A stretch of 64,000 nucleotides of DNA from Parasitella parasitica NRRL 2501. Lineage: Eukaryota; Fungi; Mucoromycota. The DNA lies in the NCBI GenBank assembly GCA_025201805.1, contig MU619317.1, forward strand, positions 1-64,000. Direction: 5' to 3'. The notes under the pieces were generated by a model, which ran no database searches, had not been told where the DNA came from, and was given only the letters and a program-made list of their open reading frames with translations. Within the stretch, counting starts at the first letter, position 1. Each line of letters begins with the position of its first letter. Positions 34,902-49,000 of this stretch are shown piece by piece. The position numbers were made by a program, and so were the translations under genes.

Positions 34902-35147
34902 ATGTACAACACAACTAGATTCTACCATTATCTACCCTCTGGCGAATTCGCTTGTGATGAAGAACCTGAATACCAGCCAAAACAAGATGGAGCGGCTATT
35001 AAGTCGTTGGACCAGATGGAAGGTATTCCAGATTACGAGTCTTCGTCCGAGGATGAAGATGATGGTTATTTTAATACTGCAGTGGCTATGGAATAAATTC
35101 ATTTAGAAGCAATACCTCTACCTAATATGATTTGGACACCAACTAAG
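34902..35147 (+). pseudogene. Short acidic ORF fragment, possibly the 5' part of a TE gene cut by the adjacent insertion
   Basis: MYNTTRFYHY…DYESSSEDEDD with a stop at 35096, directly before the TA-flanked element at 35150. Confidence 0.25.
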
Positions 35148-35149
35148 TA

Positions 35150-35571
35150 CCGGATTTTGGAGCAAAAGCCATATTTTATTTCGTCAGTTTTCAAACTTGA
35201 TTTCGTCAAGGTGTAATAATGATGAGCAGTTCGTCATTGAGATGGCACTTTTTCCAATGTGTCCTTTTCAGTGTTGCCATACCAGTGTTTTTATTTAAAA
35301 TGATTTGTTCTTAGAGTTAATCTCTCTCTTTCTCTATTTTCAACATTAATTTTTAAGCCTACAAAATGGTTACTACCTGCAGAACTTCAAACGAAAACAT
35401 CAATGAACAAAAGTCTCCCTCAAGAAACCATCATAGGGGTCCAAGAGGGGCATACAAAAAGCCCTCTCAAGAATTAAGAAACCTGGCTATCCAATATTGC
35501 GATACGAGGGGCGAGAAGACAATCTCTCAGGCTGCTAGAGAGCTGGGTGTCAGTCGCGCTACCCTTAGTAC
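35150..35571 (+). mobile_element. Truncated left part of the IS630/Tc1-like element found complete at 54617-56073
   Basis: TA|CCGGATTTTGG start; near-identical to 54617-55062 apart from a deletion in the TIR. Encodes MVTT…SRATLST and then breaks off. Confidence 0.92.
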
Positions 35572-35835
35572 TTAGTCTGGATAAATCAAATTTGTACTAC
35601 CTTTGTACTTTCAAACTTCATTAATGAGAAACATCTACATCGACTTGAGCGTAAGATTAAAAAAAGAAGATTCAAGTCAAATACCACTACCGTATAAACT
35701 TAAAAATGGTTATATTACAAAAGCATCAAAGTATCAAAGTATCAAACTGCATAACCGTACTAATAAAACATTTAATTGCATGTATTCGTCAAGCTATGCG
35801 TATACACAATGGCAGTTTTCTTTTAATTAAATAAC

Positions 35836-37378
35836 TTTTCAAAATTATGGCATATTCAAGCAAATGACAATCTCTGTTTTTATAACTTCGCATTATCATT
35901 TTATGTTACATCTGTTGAGTGAAGACAGCATATCCAATATCAAGGAAAAAATATACAGTCAAGACTCGTGATAACGAAAAAGTTGGTGTACAAAAATATG
36001 TTTGGTATAGCAAGTTATCCCCTATTTAGAATTTGATACTCTACAATACAGTACCTGGAGCCTGGAACCTGGTACCTGAAACCTACCAGAAGCTTATCAT
36101 GAAGCCTTAACCTTTGTTAGTAAAATTACCCTCAACCTCAATCCTAACCTCAATTCTACTTTTTATTTTACATGTTTAGCATTAGAATCACAAAAAAAGG
36201 GACTCTTGAACTGACATTAAGCATTATTATAAGCATCAATGTTAATAGGGCTTCTCTATCACTAGCAACTAGCAATTTATGCATAATTCACAAATTAAAA
36301 GGGGTTACTGCAGCAAAATATTGTCTTCATTAATTAAACTCTTCTGCTTTTAAACTCGATGAGCTATACCTGTTTTATCCTATCACTATAAATAAAGATG
36401 TACTTGTAGCATCTAAAAATACTTACTGAATAGAGCTGTGTCATGTACTAGAATTGATATTGACGTGATATCACCTCTAGAAAGATATGTTTTACAGCTT
36501 AAATGCAAGAACTTTAGCTTTGTGTGCCATTTTTCGATTGATTTTCATAATCAAAAGAGCCCTGAAAACACCAAAAATAGTATTTAGTGCGAAGGAACTA
36601 CACTATATATAATTTTGGTGCAATTTGAGCATGATTTTTTTTTCGATGCAAAATGTCTGATTTTTTTGATTTTTTCCTTGTATCCACCCATTCAAAATCA
36701 TCGATTATGCATTATCCTCAATTTTGACCTCAAAAACGAAACTTTTTACTATAACATATATTGGAGAAAAATGATCGCAAGAGACCATTCTTTGTTCTGA
36801 GAGACTGAAAATACGCTTTTATTAAGCAAAATATTGACTTTTACTCTTGATTTGTTTTTGAAGCTTTCTAGACATAATTCATTCCATAATTATACGGGAA
36901 TTATGAAATGATATCATCGTGTAGAGCGTCCAAAAAGACAGCTATTATCATAGACTGACAGACATGGTATGCATAATATCAGAGAATGATGTCTTGCCTT
37001 AAAGAAGTAATTTTGTTTTCCAATTGTCCAAATGGAGTTTCTGAAAGAAATTTTTCCTTCCTGATTTTGGACGCGTTTAATCTCCGCTTTTAAAAGAAAA
37101 ATAGTGTTTTTTTGAGGAAAGCATTAGCTTTGAAAAGCCATAGCTTACTCAATTCAAAAGAAAAACAATTGAAATTTAGTTTATTTTAATAATGTGCTCC
37201 TTGGCTCTCTAATAGTAGTACTTGCATGCCTGTACCTGGCCTGAAAATCTCACGCTTCGATTTTGAAAAATACTTTTCCGAAAAAAAGTCGTTCCCTTCA
37301 TCTGATTTCAACTCAAAGAGCACAAAAACTTTCTCTAAGGTATGCAAATATGTAACCAAAAATTTCTTATAGTCTAAT
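35836..37378 (+). repeat. Dispersed non-coding repeat module B, copy 1 (about 1.5 kb; inverted copy at 57548-59011)
   Basis: Colinear with the reverse complement of 57548-59011. Near-identical core at about 36390-36950. Confidence 0.93.
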
Positions 37379-38730
37379 GCATTACTTTGAACTACTTTTT
37401 TTTGTGTTTGGGATTGTTAAATCTTGTTTTCTTACAATTTTTGTCTTTCTTCTGACAATAACATATTGAAGTTCGCGTTGACCCAAAAAAAAAATCAGGC
37501 GCCTAAAATCTACGCTGGCTTTGCAAAGACACGCACTTTTGAACCATTCCAATATTATGAAAAAGATGGCACAGCTCTAAATAGCTGCTTTACTGTGCAA
37601 CTGGATATAGAGAAACTAGCTTGGTATTTGTCTGACAATATCTTCTACTCTAGAAAACGCCAAATCAACTAAAGGTATAAGAAAGTGCCGGAGAAAAGGA
37701 AACAATCTGCCACCAGGATAAGTATCTGTATAGAAATTTATGAAATCCCAAGGACAAATTCCGTTTTTCTTCAACCTTGCTCTCCGTTCCTAAATCCCAT
37801 TAAAGGTTTTTGATCCAAAGTCAACAGACAACACCCAAAATCACAAATGTTTGTCAATAGACACCCGCAATCTTTTTTTAAGACTACCTTGAACTTAAAT
37901 ATATGATGAAGATGGCTTATTTCACAACATATTCTCTTTATATTTTCACTATGAATGAAACAAAGCAATTACTTTTCTTCTCTAAATATGGAAATCCCCA
38001 CTCAAAATCTTTTTAGGGAGACATTTCTCTTCTCCCAGAAACTTCTTAGCTATTATCAAAAATGAAAGGTTTATTATCAGAAATCCTGATATATGTTATC
38101 ACAATCACCATGAACTTTATCATTTACTTGAGCTTTTTATTTCAGAAACTGCAAAATGACAGTGTATGAAGCAGCTAGTGACTTATCTTGTTACGCAGAA
38201 CATGATACAACTGTTACACTATTTTTACAAAACGAACCTATGATGATGACTTCAATTGTCATTGGAGAAATCAAGGAATCAACATAGCAAGTATAGCCAT
38301 ATTTCTTTAGAAATTTTTATAGGCTTAATCAAAATGGTAAAAATTCTAGTCAATAGTCTTCATATGATGTTATACCGCTTTATCAATGGAATAAAATCTA
38401 TTCACTTATACGACTGTTTTCCAGCTGATAGTTTTGATATTATTTCCTCTGAAGCAAATTACATCCATGCGCTACTGCAAGGGTCAATTTAACAGAATGC
38501 TAAAACGAAAGTGCATTTCAAACCATTTACCAGTTACACAGACACATGTCTTCTGACAGACACATATTTGACATATACGATATCAATGAGCCTTTCATAG
38601 ACACAAAGTATTTTAATATTTGAATCTATAAATTTATTTATTTTCTATAATGTTCAATGAAAATGTTGAAAAAATCAATGATTGTCAAAATGCTAATGAT
38701 TTAACCACAAAATGTTATGTTTGACTGAAT

Positions 38731-39117
38731 TTAGTTAAAGGACCACTCGACATCAAGTTCACCCTTGCTCTTCTTGCCAAGCTTTTTGAAAGCGGCTGGA
38801 GAAAGATCAATGTCATGCTTATCACAACCCTCACAAGTATCAACAACCTTGACAGTAATAGTCTTGTGGCCAGACTTGACCTTGATCTTTTCCCCGCAGT
38901 ACTTATTCTTCATGAAATCTTCGCTCAAGGCAGCTACCATATCATCGTTGTCAGCGTCACCACCGCAAGAGGGCTTACCAGACTTTTTGACAGAGTAGAA
39001 AGTGGCAGTGCCAGAGTAGGAGGAATCACGGCTTTCAATGACAGCAGCCTGAGAAACGACGGCAAAAGCAGCCAACAAGCCGGTAGCGATCAAAACGAGA
39101 GTGTTGGAATGGAACAT
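38731..39117 (-). CDS. Secreted RlpA-like double-psi beta-barrel (expansin/loosenin-like) protein
   Basis: Signal peptide, YSGTATFY, SCG, VAALS, CG, VKVVDTCEGC, IDLSPAAFKKL, VEWSF. Confidence 0.92.
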   Translation of the reverse strand: MFHSNTLVLIATGLLAAFAVVSQAAVIESRDSSYSGTATFYSVKKSGKPSCGGDADNDDMVAALSEDFMKNKYCGEKIKVKSGHKTITVKVVDTCEGCDKHDIDLSPAAFKKLGKKSKGELDVEWSFN

Positions 39118-41328
39118 GTTTACGATGAGAATAATTCGACCAGCGTTATTCTGAATTGGAAAATAGGATGATTATAATAATGAAAAAACAAAAAAAGACA
39201 TGAAGTAAATTTCCCATCTCTATTTATATGTGAATTCATTCATAGTCAATCACTCTGAAAGAAAAGGCCTGATTCTGTCAAAAATCGGAGATGCTCTCCA
39301 TGAGGACCCGTGTTTTTCTGTTGCGTTTTAGCTTAACAGCGCTTTGTATTCGGATCATAATCAAGCTTAACGCACCTTAATTGAATGGAAATCATATCAA
39401 AGCTGTACATCTAAGGCTATTTACTTAAAAATTAAACCATGTACATTTCATACGTAAACAAGAAATAGGTAATGTTATATACATGCCAAAAGAAGATGCT
39501 ATAACTTGCGAAAAGTAGAAAAAGATTTTCGCGCCTGGGCCATCGACTAAAATGACCTATACACGACAAGAGTGCCTTTGTGAGACCATGGTCCATCACC
39601 ATCTTAAAATGTGGGTCCCTCTGAACTAAAAAGTTAAAAATGAAAAGCATTAAACACAATGACAATGAAGCATTGTCAAGTAGCTTTGAGCGTTTATTTC
39701 GCTCTATTATGCGCCCCATGTATTCTCTACTACATAAAATACTCTCGAGTAACAACAGGAACAATAACAGCAATCGCAAAATACATTTCTCGGTAAAAGA
39801 TTATGGAACCTCCTCTCCGCTCAAAACGTCTTTCAAACAACACATCGTCTTTTGCAAATCTTTTAATCAACATTAACATTTAATAGTTGCATACATGGCA
39901 TGAACCGAGATTGTCATTATCCTGAAAATAAATATCCTGGTACTATTGCATATAATTTATCCTAAATTGTGGATATAAAATCGATTTTTGACAAGCAGGC
40001 TATTCCTATTAAGGGCATTAATTGATGATCGGTGACTAAACAATGCTGCAAACACTCAGAGAAGCTACTTGGTTTGAAATTGCATGCCCCCACGCTTCAT
40101 CATTATATAAAATAGACTTCGTTTAGGGTCCCTGAAAGGTTATTAACAAATTAGTTTGAAACAAACTTTTTTTTTGATATACAGTCTATCATTTACACAC
40201 TTGGATACATGCTTTAAAAAAAAAAAAGAAAGACTGATGTAAACTAGTTGTTGCTGCATTTTACAGAACGAAACTGTAGTGCTCCTCATCAATTGATTCT
40301 ATTCTTAAATTCGACTTCTTTGGCCAATTTTAATTACTGTAATATGCTTCTTCATGTTTTCAGTGATATAAAAATTTGAATGGCGAACATCCTTATAATC
40401 TAGAATTGTCTTTGTGATCACCCTACATGTCAAAATCCGCGGCAGATCAATCTGTGCTGCTATGAAGCAGACGGTGGCAAACTTTCTAAGGTGCGATCCC
40501 GAAGTATGATACAGAAAAATTTATACGCTCTCCTGTCAAATACCTTCTCATGCATCTATACATCGCATAACCTTTCTTATTCGAAAAAAGGGCTTTTTTT
40601 CTCTCAGTTGGTACAACAGTTGAAGGTGCTCATATATTGTATTACACACGGGATCTTAAGGACTTAGCAAACGTTGAGTCAAAACAAACGTCCATCATGT
40701 TTCATATGTGCTTTACACAACAAAGCAAACGACGCAAGTCCGAAAATTCAATATTTATTTATGTAATCTCTGAATTCAATAATAATGTTAGATATACAGT
40801 TAATACGACATATCGTCTAACCAAGCGCTCATGATGCCATCAATGATCATATCATGGAAGAGTTACTAGCAAACACAACATCTATTCCAGATCGCATACA
40901 AAGACAAACGGCGTTATATTCATTTGCAAGTATAAACTGATAAGTCAACATGATTCTAAATGATACATTCTCGTGGGTAGCGCGGCTAACATCTGTTGCA
41001 GATCTTAATTTGCTTCCTGCGGTCTGTTCTTGATACTCATGATATCGTTAGAGATGGATAGTGCTCTTTCCTTCAATTGGAAATTATCATTCAAACCTAA
41101 GTATCCTTGCCCAATTTGCAAATTGGTCTTATAATATTTGACGCTCTAGGCTTTGCAATACATTGAGTCATACAAATTGGTGGTTCAACTGAGGAGTACA
41201 CCCTAAAAACATGAAATTGCCATTGCAAACTAGTCACATCATTTAACGTCCTTCTACTGCTACAATATGTCCAGCATGGAGCAAAAAGCATATTTCTATT
41301 GTTCTTTACGTAAACAGAAAGTCCTGAC

Positions 41329-42276
41329 ATGATGAATTTCTTGAACTTCAGGTAATAAGAGTGATTTGCAGCACTAGATTGCGCAGACGCTGATTTTACA
41401 AACAGCTTTGGTAAAAAAGGAAACAAGACTTCAAAAAACAAGTCTGCAACTTCATCCGCTTCCTCTCTGGCAACAAACCACAGTGGGACCCAAGCCCATT
41501 TAAGCCAGCAGCAACAGCAGCAAAAGCCTTTGTATTTATCAAGTCTTCAAATAAACAACATGCTCGTAAGAGGAAATTTTAAAACAATCGCAGAGCTGCC
41601 AAAATACGTCGATATCAATGAATGGTTGGCTTTTAACAGTACGTACAGAGGACTATTATTGTATTGTTTACAGCAGCGTTAATATATGTTGCCATAGCAT
41701 TCGAGTTTTTCAATCACATCAACCTGTTTTATGGCACAATTACTAATTTTTGTACATTGCAAACATGCGCAACAATGTCTGCTGGCCCAGGGTAAATACA
41801 TTGAAGAGTTTGCGTGTAAATAATGATGAATCTAACGGTTGCTAGCGTTGAATACACTTGGACCGATTCGTCCTCGAAAAAACTCAAATTACCAGCACCT
41901 CAGTATATCGATTACATGACAAGCAGTCTAGAGAACACCCTAAACGACGAGTCGATATTCCCAACAAAAGCAGGTAAATATCGGAACGAGAAAGATAGAC
42001 ATCATGCTGATCTCACATATACGAAAAGGACCCGATTTTCCTCGAGAGCTACCTGCGGTTGTGAAAAAGATGTTTACTCATATGTTTAGTCTTTTTGCTC
42101 ATATATACCATGTTCACTACGATACAGTGTTGTGCCTGAACGAAGAGCCCCATTTCAACTCTTTATTTGCTCATTTTATATCGTTTGCTAGAGAATTTGA
42201 CCTGCTCGATAGGAAGGATGTTCAGCCATTGAATGAGTTGATTGAAGCCATGTCAAAGAACAGTGTAATTTGTTGA
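41329..42276 (+). CDS. MOB2: MOB kinase activator, Mob2 type (multi-exon)
   Basis: [89 protein letters not shown]. Confidence 0.88.
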
Positions 42277-42446
42277 ATAAAATCGCAACACTATTAGTTT
42301 GTTACTATGGTTTATTTTACAGAAAGTGCTAAAAAAGCTGGTCTATTATGGGTTTTAACGTTACAAGTTTGTTGCTTATGATGATTACATATGCTAATTG
42401 GTTTGACATGGTGATGCATATATGGTGGTAAAGCAATCCTATATCT

Positions 42447-43934
42447 TCACCAAGGCCATATCCAAGAAGCTTTAACTTTCTGTGGCGATTGTGGTAAACA
42501 TGTTGCTGTGGATGCAGAATTAGCAGTAGTAGCAGAGAGGGATGACGATGGTTTTTGTCTAGGCACCTTGTCAGTAGAGGCTGTCTTTTTCAAAGTGTCA
42601 ATAGGTTCAGATCGATGGCGAACGTGCTTGGTATCATTATTGTTCGTTGTTGCTTGTTCATTACCGCTAGTATAGTGTGGTGTTTCATTGAATGCAACGA
42701 CTACTTTTAAACCAGCGGCAATCAGCATGTAAAGGCCTTCCGACAGAAACTCGTGCAAGCGATAGCGTTCATCGGCTTGCAAGCCAAATTTAATACACTG
42801 AATGCCGCAGTCTTGCGCTTTTTGCATAACATGATATCGCGAATCAAACCAGAGGAATAGCTGAATTATGTAGCTAAAAAAGAACGAGATCAAGCCTACA
42901 TGCAAGATGTTAGTAGTTTGACCACAATCAAAGAATCATGGTATGCTAGATATATGCTTGCCTGGAAGTGGAGATTGCTTTGCTAATATGGCACATTTAA
43001 CAGTGATCTCAGTCATGTATTGACCAAACGATTTAAAACGAGCCATTGAGTCTCCTTCCTCAACATGAATAGTAGACATGGCAGTGGCAGAGCTTTTAGT
43101 TTGCGCACCTGGTTGTGCTCTATCCAGGGTGATGTCTATGACGGGTGCAGTTGTATTTGACGCCTTGGCTGTTTGATAAGCTCTGCTACTGATTGTGTTG
43201 ATGGTAGAGGCAATCCTTGATAAAATAAACGAGTTGAGAGCAGAGCTCTTGCTTTCTTCCCCCTGAATCACCTCTTGTTGCTCAATCCGTTTTTGAGACG
43301 TTGCTAAATTAAGAATACCAACTCTTTCCTCGACGCTGTAAAGCTTCTCTCTGATGGCCATTTGTGTACTGTTATCTGTTTTATCTACATTGAAAGATGA
43401 GATGAGCGACATGATTTGCATAGATAAGCGCCTATTTTAAATACTCGGTAAGGCCATAAGAATTTTGTCGACACCAGCTAGATAGATATCCAATGCAACA
43501 GACTCATTGCCTTCTTCATACTCGTCAGCCGCAATAGAAACAAGCTTCATTCCCTGAGAAATACTGTGTCGATCAATGTTCGCTGTTTGCTTGTTGCTAC
43601 CTTTGAAGGTTTTTGTCACATCATCCCGGATTTTCTCGGCAAGAGCGCTCATCTCTAATGTCCATGACGTGCTGGGACTAGGCGTAGGGCTGTGCAATTG
43701 TTGCTGCATAGTGTCATAGGGTGGAGGAGCCGGGATATGGTCGGCACTGTGGCTCATCTGAGGATGCTGATAGTATGAATTTGATGGCAAGATTGGAGTT
43801 GAGGCATGCATAGCTAATCTTGATCCGGCTAGTGGGTGCTCAGAATTGGTGGATTTGTTCTTTGGCTTTTGCTTTGACATGGATTCCAGTTTGTTTGCTG
43901 AATTATAGAGAATCGAGGAGACAAAAGATGACAT
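42447..43934 (-). CDS. Hypothetical protein with a MIT-like three-helix domain (multi-exon)
   Basis: ISQGMKLVSIAADEYEEGNESVALDIYLAGVDKILMAL…AIREKL pattern. Three consecutive minus-strand ORFs are separated by short introns. Confidence 0.7.
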
Positions 43935-46050
43935 TTTTTGTTTGTTTGTTTGGGGGAACAAGAGAAGGAAAGAAAGGAGCCATTTTATATGATGTTGATA
44001 TCTAAAATGAATTGAAGTTCCATCATTCGCATGTGATAATTTTGACATATGCTATTTCATTAGACGAAAGACAATCTTCCCTCGAATGTTTCTTTTTTTG
44101 GCACTGCCGACTTGGATCTTGTAGGACATTAAATGGCAGGTTCCGATGTAAAGAAACAGCTCCTCAGCAACCTTTTTCAAATCGCTGTTTTCTTGACTGA
44201 TTGCCATCCATCCAAGGGCATTTATCTTAAGGATTAGTTGTAGTTCAATGCTAAAAGTAGGAGCAACTATCTTTGATTTATTGACTATATTAGAGTAATG
44301 TGTACAACCCCATTTTTTTTTTTTTTTGGCGAGTCCCCAGATCAATCTACAACTTGCAACATTAGTCCCCTCCCCTCTCCTCCCTTCCCTTCCCTTCCCT
44401 TCCCCACTTGACATGATAACACAAGCCTGTCATGGGAGATATCATGATGAAAAGATAAACAATCAATCGCATTGAATTGAGATGGATAATCCAGGAAATG
44501 TCGTTGAATCCAGTGCACGGTCCCTGTGGGTTTGTTGTTCTCGAAATCAGGCTTTTATCAACTTTTATATATACGCAGAAACACAAAGTACAACCATATC
44601 GGAAACTTTGATTTATACATTTAGTATTAATGCAGTAGTATCAGCCTGCATCCATCTACATTACCGATGATAAATTTTAAAAATAGGACTTTGTTTGTCG
44701 ATTCTTATATGATACAGATAGTACACCAAAGCGATAGTAAAAAAGATAGAGATATCCGTCTAAACAAATAGAAACCATAGGCACAGCAGAAACATAGCAG
44801 CCATGGCTATATTTGGGAAATTGTATCAGTGCGACTGGTATATATTGTGCTAATAAGTCAAAAACATATGGCAATTATTGAATGTCGCATTCGAAAAATC
44901 ATGGTGTCCATTCCCAAAAACTATAATGTCCACGTACGCAAACATAATTATCAATTTCAGAAAAAAAGAATAAAGAAAATCACAGATAGGTCTTATTAAA
45001 AGTAAATAGCAATTTTTACAACAAAATGTCACTTATATCATGAAATTTATTTGAGTAAAATACCAAGATGTAAGTTGTGATAGTAATTTGCTGTTTGCCG
45101 CTCGAATGATTGCAAAAGCTAACTAATACAATCGACTTCCAAAACTTTTAATACTATGTATTACTAAATACTTGACCTCATTAATAATGTCAAAATACAG
45201 CCAATCATAATGTGAACTGTATACACATTTAGATTATTTGTGCAGTTAAGGGTTACAATCAGTGAAAGTTGGTAAACTTGTAAAGTCAGTTTGAATACTT
45301 TACTTATAGCTCTTTAGTTATAAGACTTTTTACAAACCCTACGTTTAATAACTTTCTTGCCAAATCCTATATAAAATAGAATTGTCCTAATTTCTTTTTT
45401 TTTTTTTTTTTTTTTTAATTTCAAGTAGAATTTTTGGGTAGTGGTTCTTCTATTCCAAAGCGAATGTTTCTTCTTGGCTTCTCTAATGTCGAACTGAGAT
45501 TCGATATACAGAAATTGGCCGTCTCCCTTAACTCTGTAGATAGTTTTGGTTTTAAAATGCTTTGGGCTCAAGAATGCTATGTTTCAAACACTCCTGGCCC
45601 TATCACTGCGCTATTCACCATTTTGCAAGCTGGAGTCAAATTGATCACTGTATTGGATCAGAAACCTTCACCCCTACTTGTTCAATATAGGTTTCCTTGT
45701 TCATCTTCATAAAATGTTTGTCATTATGCTACCTGCTAGCGATTATTATTGCCATCATTGGTGCGATGCTCTTGTGTCTTGAGCCGCTTTTGATGCATGC
45801 TCTGAGGTGATATATTTTTGGAATGTGTCACTTGTTTCAATTGCTACTTCAATTTTCATCAAGATGAGGAGCACATCATAGAGCGACTTTAAAGGGATAG
45901 ATCCGCCTTCAAGCCATGTTAATAATTTCAACTAATAATTTTATTATTTACTTTCTATTATGAAGTCATTAAGCTTGAAGGATAAAAGAATCAGAAAAGG
46001 AAGGGGGGGGGGAGAGCGAGAAAGGGTTAAAATACAAAGGGAAGTAAGTT

Positions 46051-49000
46051 TTAGAGATTCTCATTCTTGAGAATTTCAGCTACGGCAGGATCAACACGAG
46101 GCTGCAGCGTGCTAAGGACCTTCAGGGCAGCAGCAGCACGCTCACGAACGACATCACTAGTGGAGTCAGAGTAAGACTTGACAAACGTACGTTGAAGCTG
46201 AGGCAAGAAGAGTTTGAGATGCATTGGCACCTTCTTCAACATCAAATCAAGTGTTTGTAGGATAGCAGCCTTGACTTCAGCAGGGTAACGATCGCCCAAG
46301 ATACGAATAAGAGGACCCGTAATTTGAGTAACAAACGGCTTGAGTGCTGCTGCAGAGGTACGCTCAATCAGATCACCAATAGCAAGCGCTGCTTGTTCAC
46401 GCACATCAGTTGAACCATACATTAAGCCCTGCAAGAAGATGGGTAAAACACAGCTGATACCCTTGGGCAGGCAGAACCCAGCAATATCAACGCCAGCGAC
46501 GCCAACAGTAGTCAATGCACGGCGAGTAGGTACAACCAAATCTTCGTATTCTTCCTTGGGCAACGACTTGGTAACTGCTGAAAGCGCATTCCAGGCAGAC
46601 TGGATCACGTCTTCTGATGGATCATCGAGGAGCAACATAAGCAAATGAATCCAATCAGCAACGTAGTATGTTGTGTCTAACTCTGTTTCATTAAAGAATT
46701 GTGCCGTAATGTCGCATGCAATGGCACGCTTAGCAGGGTTGTCGTCTCTAACGTATTCCATCAGCGTCACCGTCAACGTGTGCAGACCGTCTTCATCGTT
46801 CACAGATAACAAAAAGGCTTCGGCGGTGGCCTTGAGAGCCTCAATGGTTTCTTTGTCCTTTTCAGTCATGAGCGTCTCTATCAAGGCTTCAAGAATGGCT
46901 GTTAAACGTGCATTGAGTGCGCGTCCAGCAACGGTGACCAAGGAAGCAAGTGCACGAGCATTGAAGGCGCTGATAGGCACTGTGATAAGAGTGGGAATAA
47001 GAATAGGGAACACAATGTTGGAACGAACAGACATGATTTCCTTCAGAGCAGATAAAGCATAGGCAGACGACTCATCAGAAGATTCAAGTTTAACGAGCAA
47101 GGAGGGGAGGATATCATCAATAGCTCTGGCACCGACGTTCTGATGAAGGGTATCGAATGCTTAAATAGAGAGAAAAACGTTAAACACTGAGTATAATCTG
47201 CCATTTTCATCCTACCTTGTGCAGCCGCTTCACGAACCTCATCGGAAGGATCACACAGTGCCTTTCTAATGACAGGCGTAATCTGGTCAGCAAAGTCTGT
47301 CACTTGAAGCTTACCAACAGAGGTCATGATTTCACTGAAAGCAACAGTTACACCCAATCTAATATCGTCATCGTCCGAAGCCATGCCGTCGTTCAGGATA
47401 GGGAGAATTTCAGGAAGAATACCCTCACCCAGTTTTTGCATAATCTCGCTCAGTGTACGACCAGCAACAGCTCGCTGTTCAAAGTCATCACTGGATAGAG
47501 TCTTGATTATCATGGATATCATAACAGACATGATATCCTTGAGAGTACGCGGCGTGTTGGCGACAAGAACCTTCCAGACTTGAAGGGAAGCTTGCCTGAC
47601 AACGCCAGAAGCGTCTTGTCTGACAATGTACAAGGCAGCCAGGATGCGATCTCTTCGTTCCTTACCGAGTACTTCCACAAGCTGCTTCTTCTTGGCCTCA
47701 TTGCCGTAATCGTCATGGATAGCATCGGCATCATCATCGCCAAGCTCTTCAACATTACCAAGAGCCATATCGTTGTTTTTGCTGGTGATACCAGTGATAC
47801 GGAAGAGCAACTCACCAACAAGTTGGACTGAACTTTGACGAATACGCCATTTGGAATCAAAGAGACCTTTCTCCAGCTCAGGCAACAGAAGATCAACAGC
47901 CTTGATGGCATAGTTGGTGACAATCATACGACCAGCACGAAGAGATGCATCACGAACGTACTCAGATTCATCGGCAAGACCCATAAGAATAGGAGGGATG
48001 ATACGACCAAGGTAGGGTTGGAAGCGAGGGCCAAACGTAGCAGGCAAGTAAATGAGAAGGGAAATGAAGCCTTCGCGAACATACGCACGGGGCGAGTCAG
48101 CATTAGAAATGATTTCAGGCAATAGGCCATCCAAACGCTCCAAACCAAGACCAGCAAGGACTTCCGAAAGACCTTGGGCGGCACCTTGTCTATCAACACC
48201 ACCAGAATCTGTCTTAAGAGTATCCAACAAGTCAAGAACAAGACCAGGAAAGTTCTCCTCGCCCAGCTTTTCAACGAGTGCGCCTAAAGCCTTGGCAGCT
48301 GTGCCACGAGCAGCGGGGACAGGATCAACCAGAACCTGGTGCAGACCAGGCAAAATAATGTTGAGATAAGGTACAAGGTCCTTTTGGTCGGTAAGAGAAG
48401 CCATGTTGCCGACAATTTGGGCAGATTTAGTCTTGATCTCGGTCGTACGCTCGCGAAGACCACGCTCCAGGATGGGCATAACCAAAGCAAGCGAAGGAGG
48501 GTCAATGTAATGAACAAAAGATGTTTGCAAAAGCGCAGTAAGAGCAGGAGCTGTCTTTCCATTGGGATCGCAAAGAGCTTTTAGTAACACAGGTACCAGT
48601 TCTTGGATCTCTGGATTGCTGATGACTTCACCAAAGAGCTGCAGAGAGCGGTTAGCAGCAGCTTGCACTTGAGAATGGGTATCGGCTAGCACTTCAGAGA
48701 TGCGAGGGATGATATTGGGAAGCGATACAGATAATTGCTTGGGAGCACAGTAAGCCATAGAGCCCAAAAGCTCAACAGAGGCCTTCTTGGTACGCCACTG
48801 ACGTTCATCCAACCCTTCGAGAATAGAGGGCAAGATGAGTTTGACACAATGGCCACTGATCTTACTCATAATGACACGAGCAGCATCAGAAGAAGCTTCA
48901 CGTACATCCATATTGGCGTCACTAGAGCAAACCAGCAGCAAAGGAATTATCTGAATGATGTAAGGCTCAAACAGGCGACCAAGAGTAGCAGAGAGGGTCT

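Noticed and set aside
36615-36800. Duplicated small ORF (also 58138-58500)
   Set aside because: Phe/Ile-rich translation of AT-rich repeat DNA, a non-ATG start in this copy, and the upstream frame is broken in one copy. Treated as non-coding.
27000-37400. Fanzor/TnpB cargo in the Helitron or Tc1 elements
   Set aside because: No RuvC D-E-D motifs with a C-terminal zinc ribbon were seen in any ORF here or in the other TE islands.
45420-45920. Possible decayed gene on the minus strand downstream of GCN1
   Set aside because: The composition is coding-like, but there are stops in all frames and no identifiable motif.
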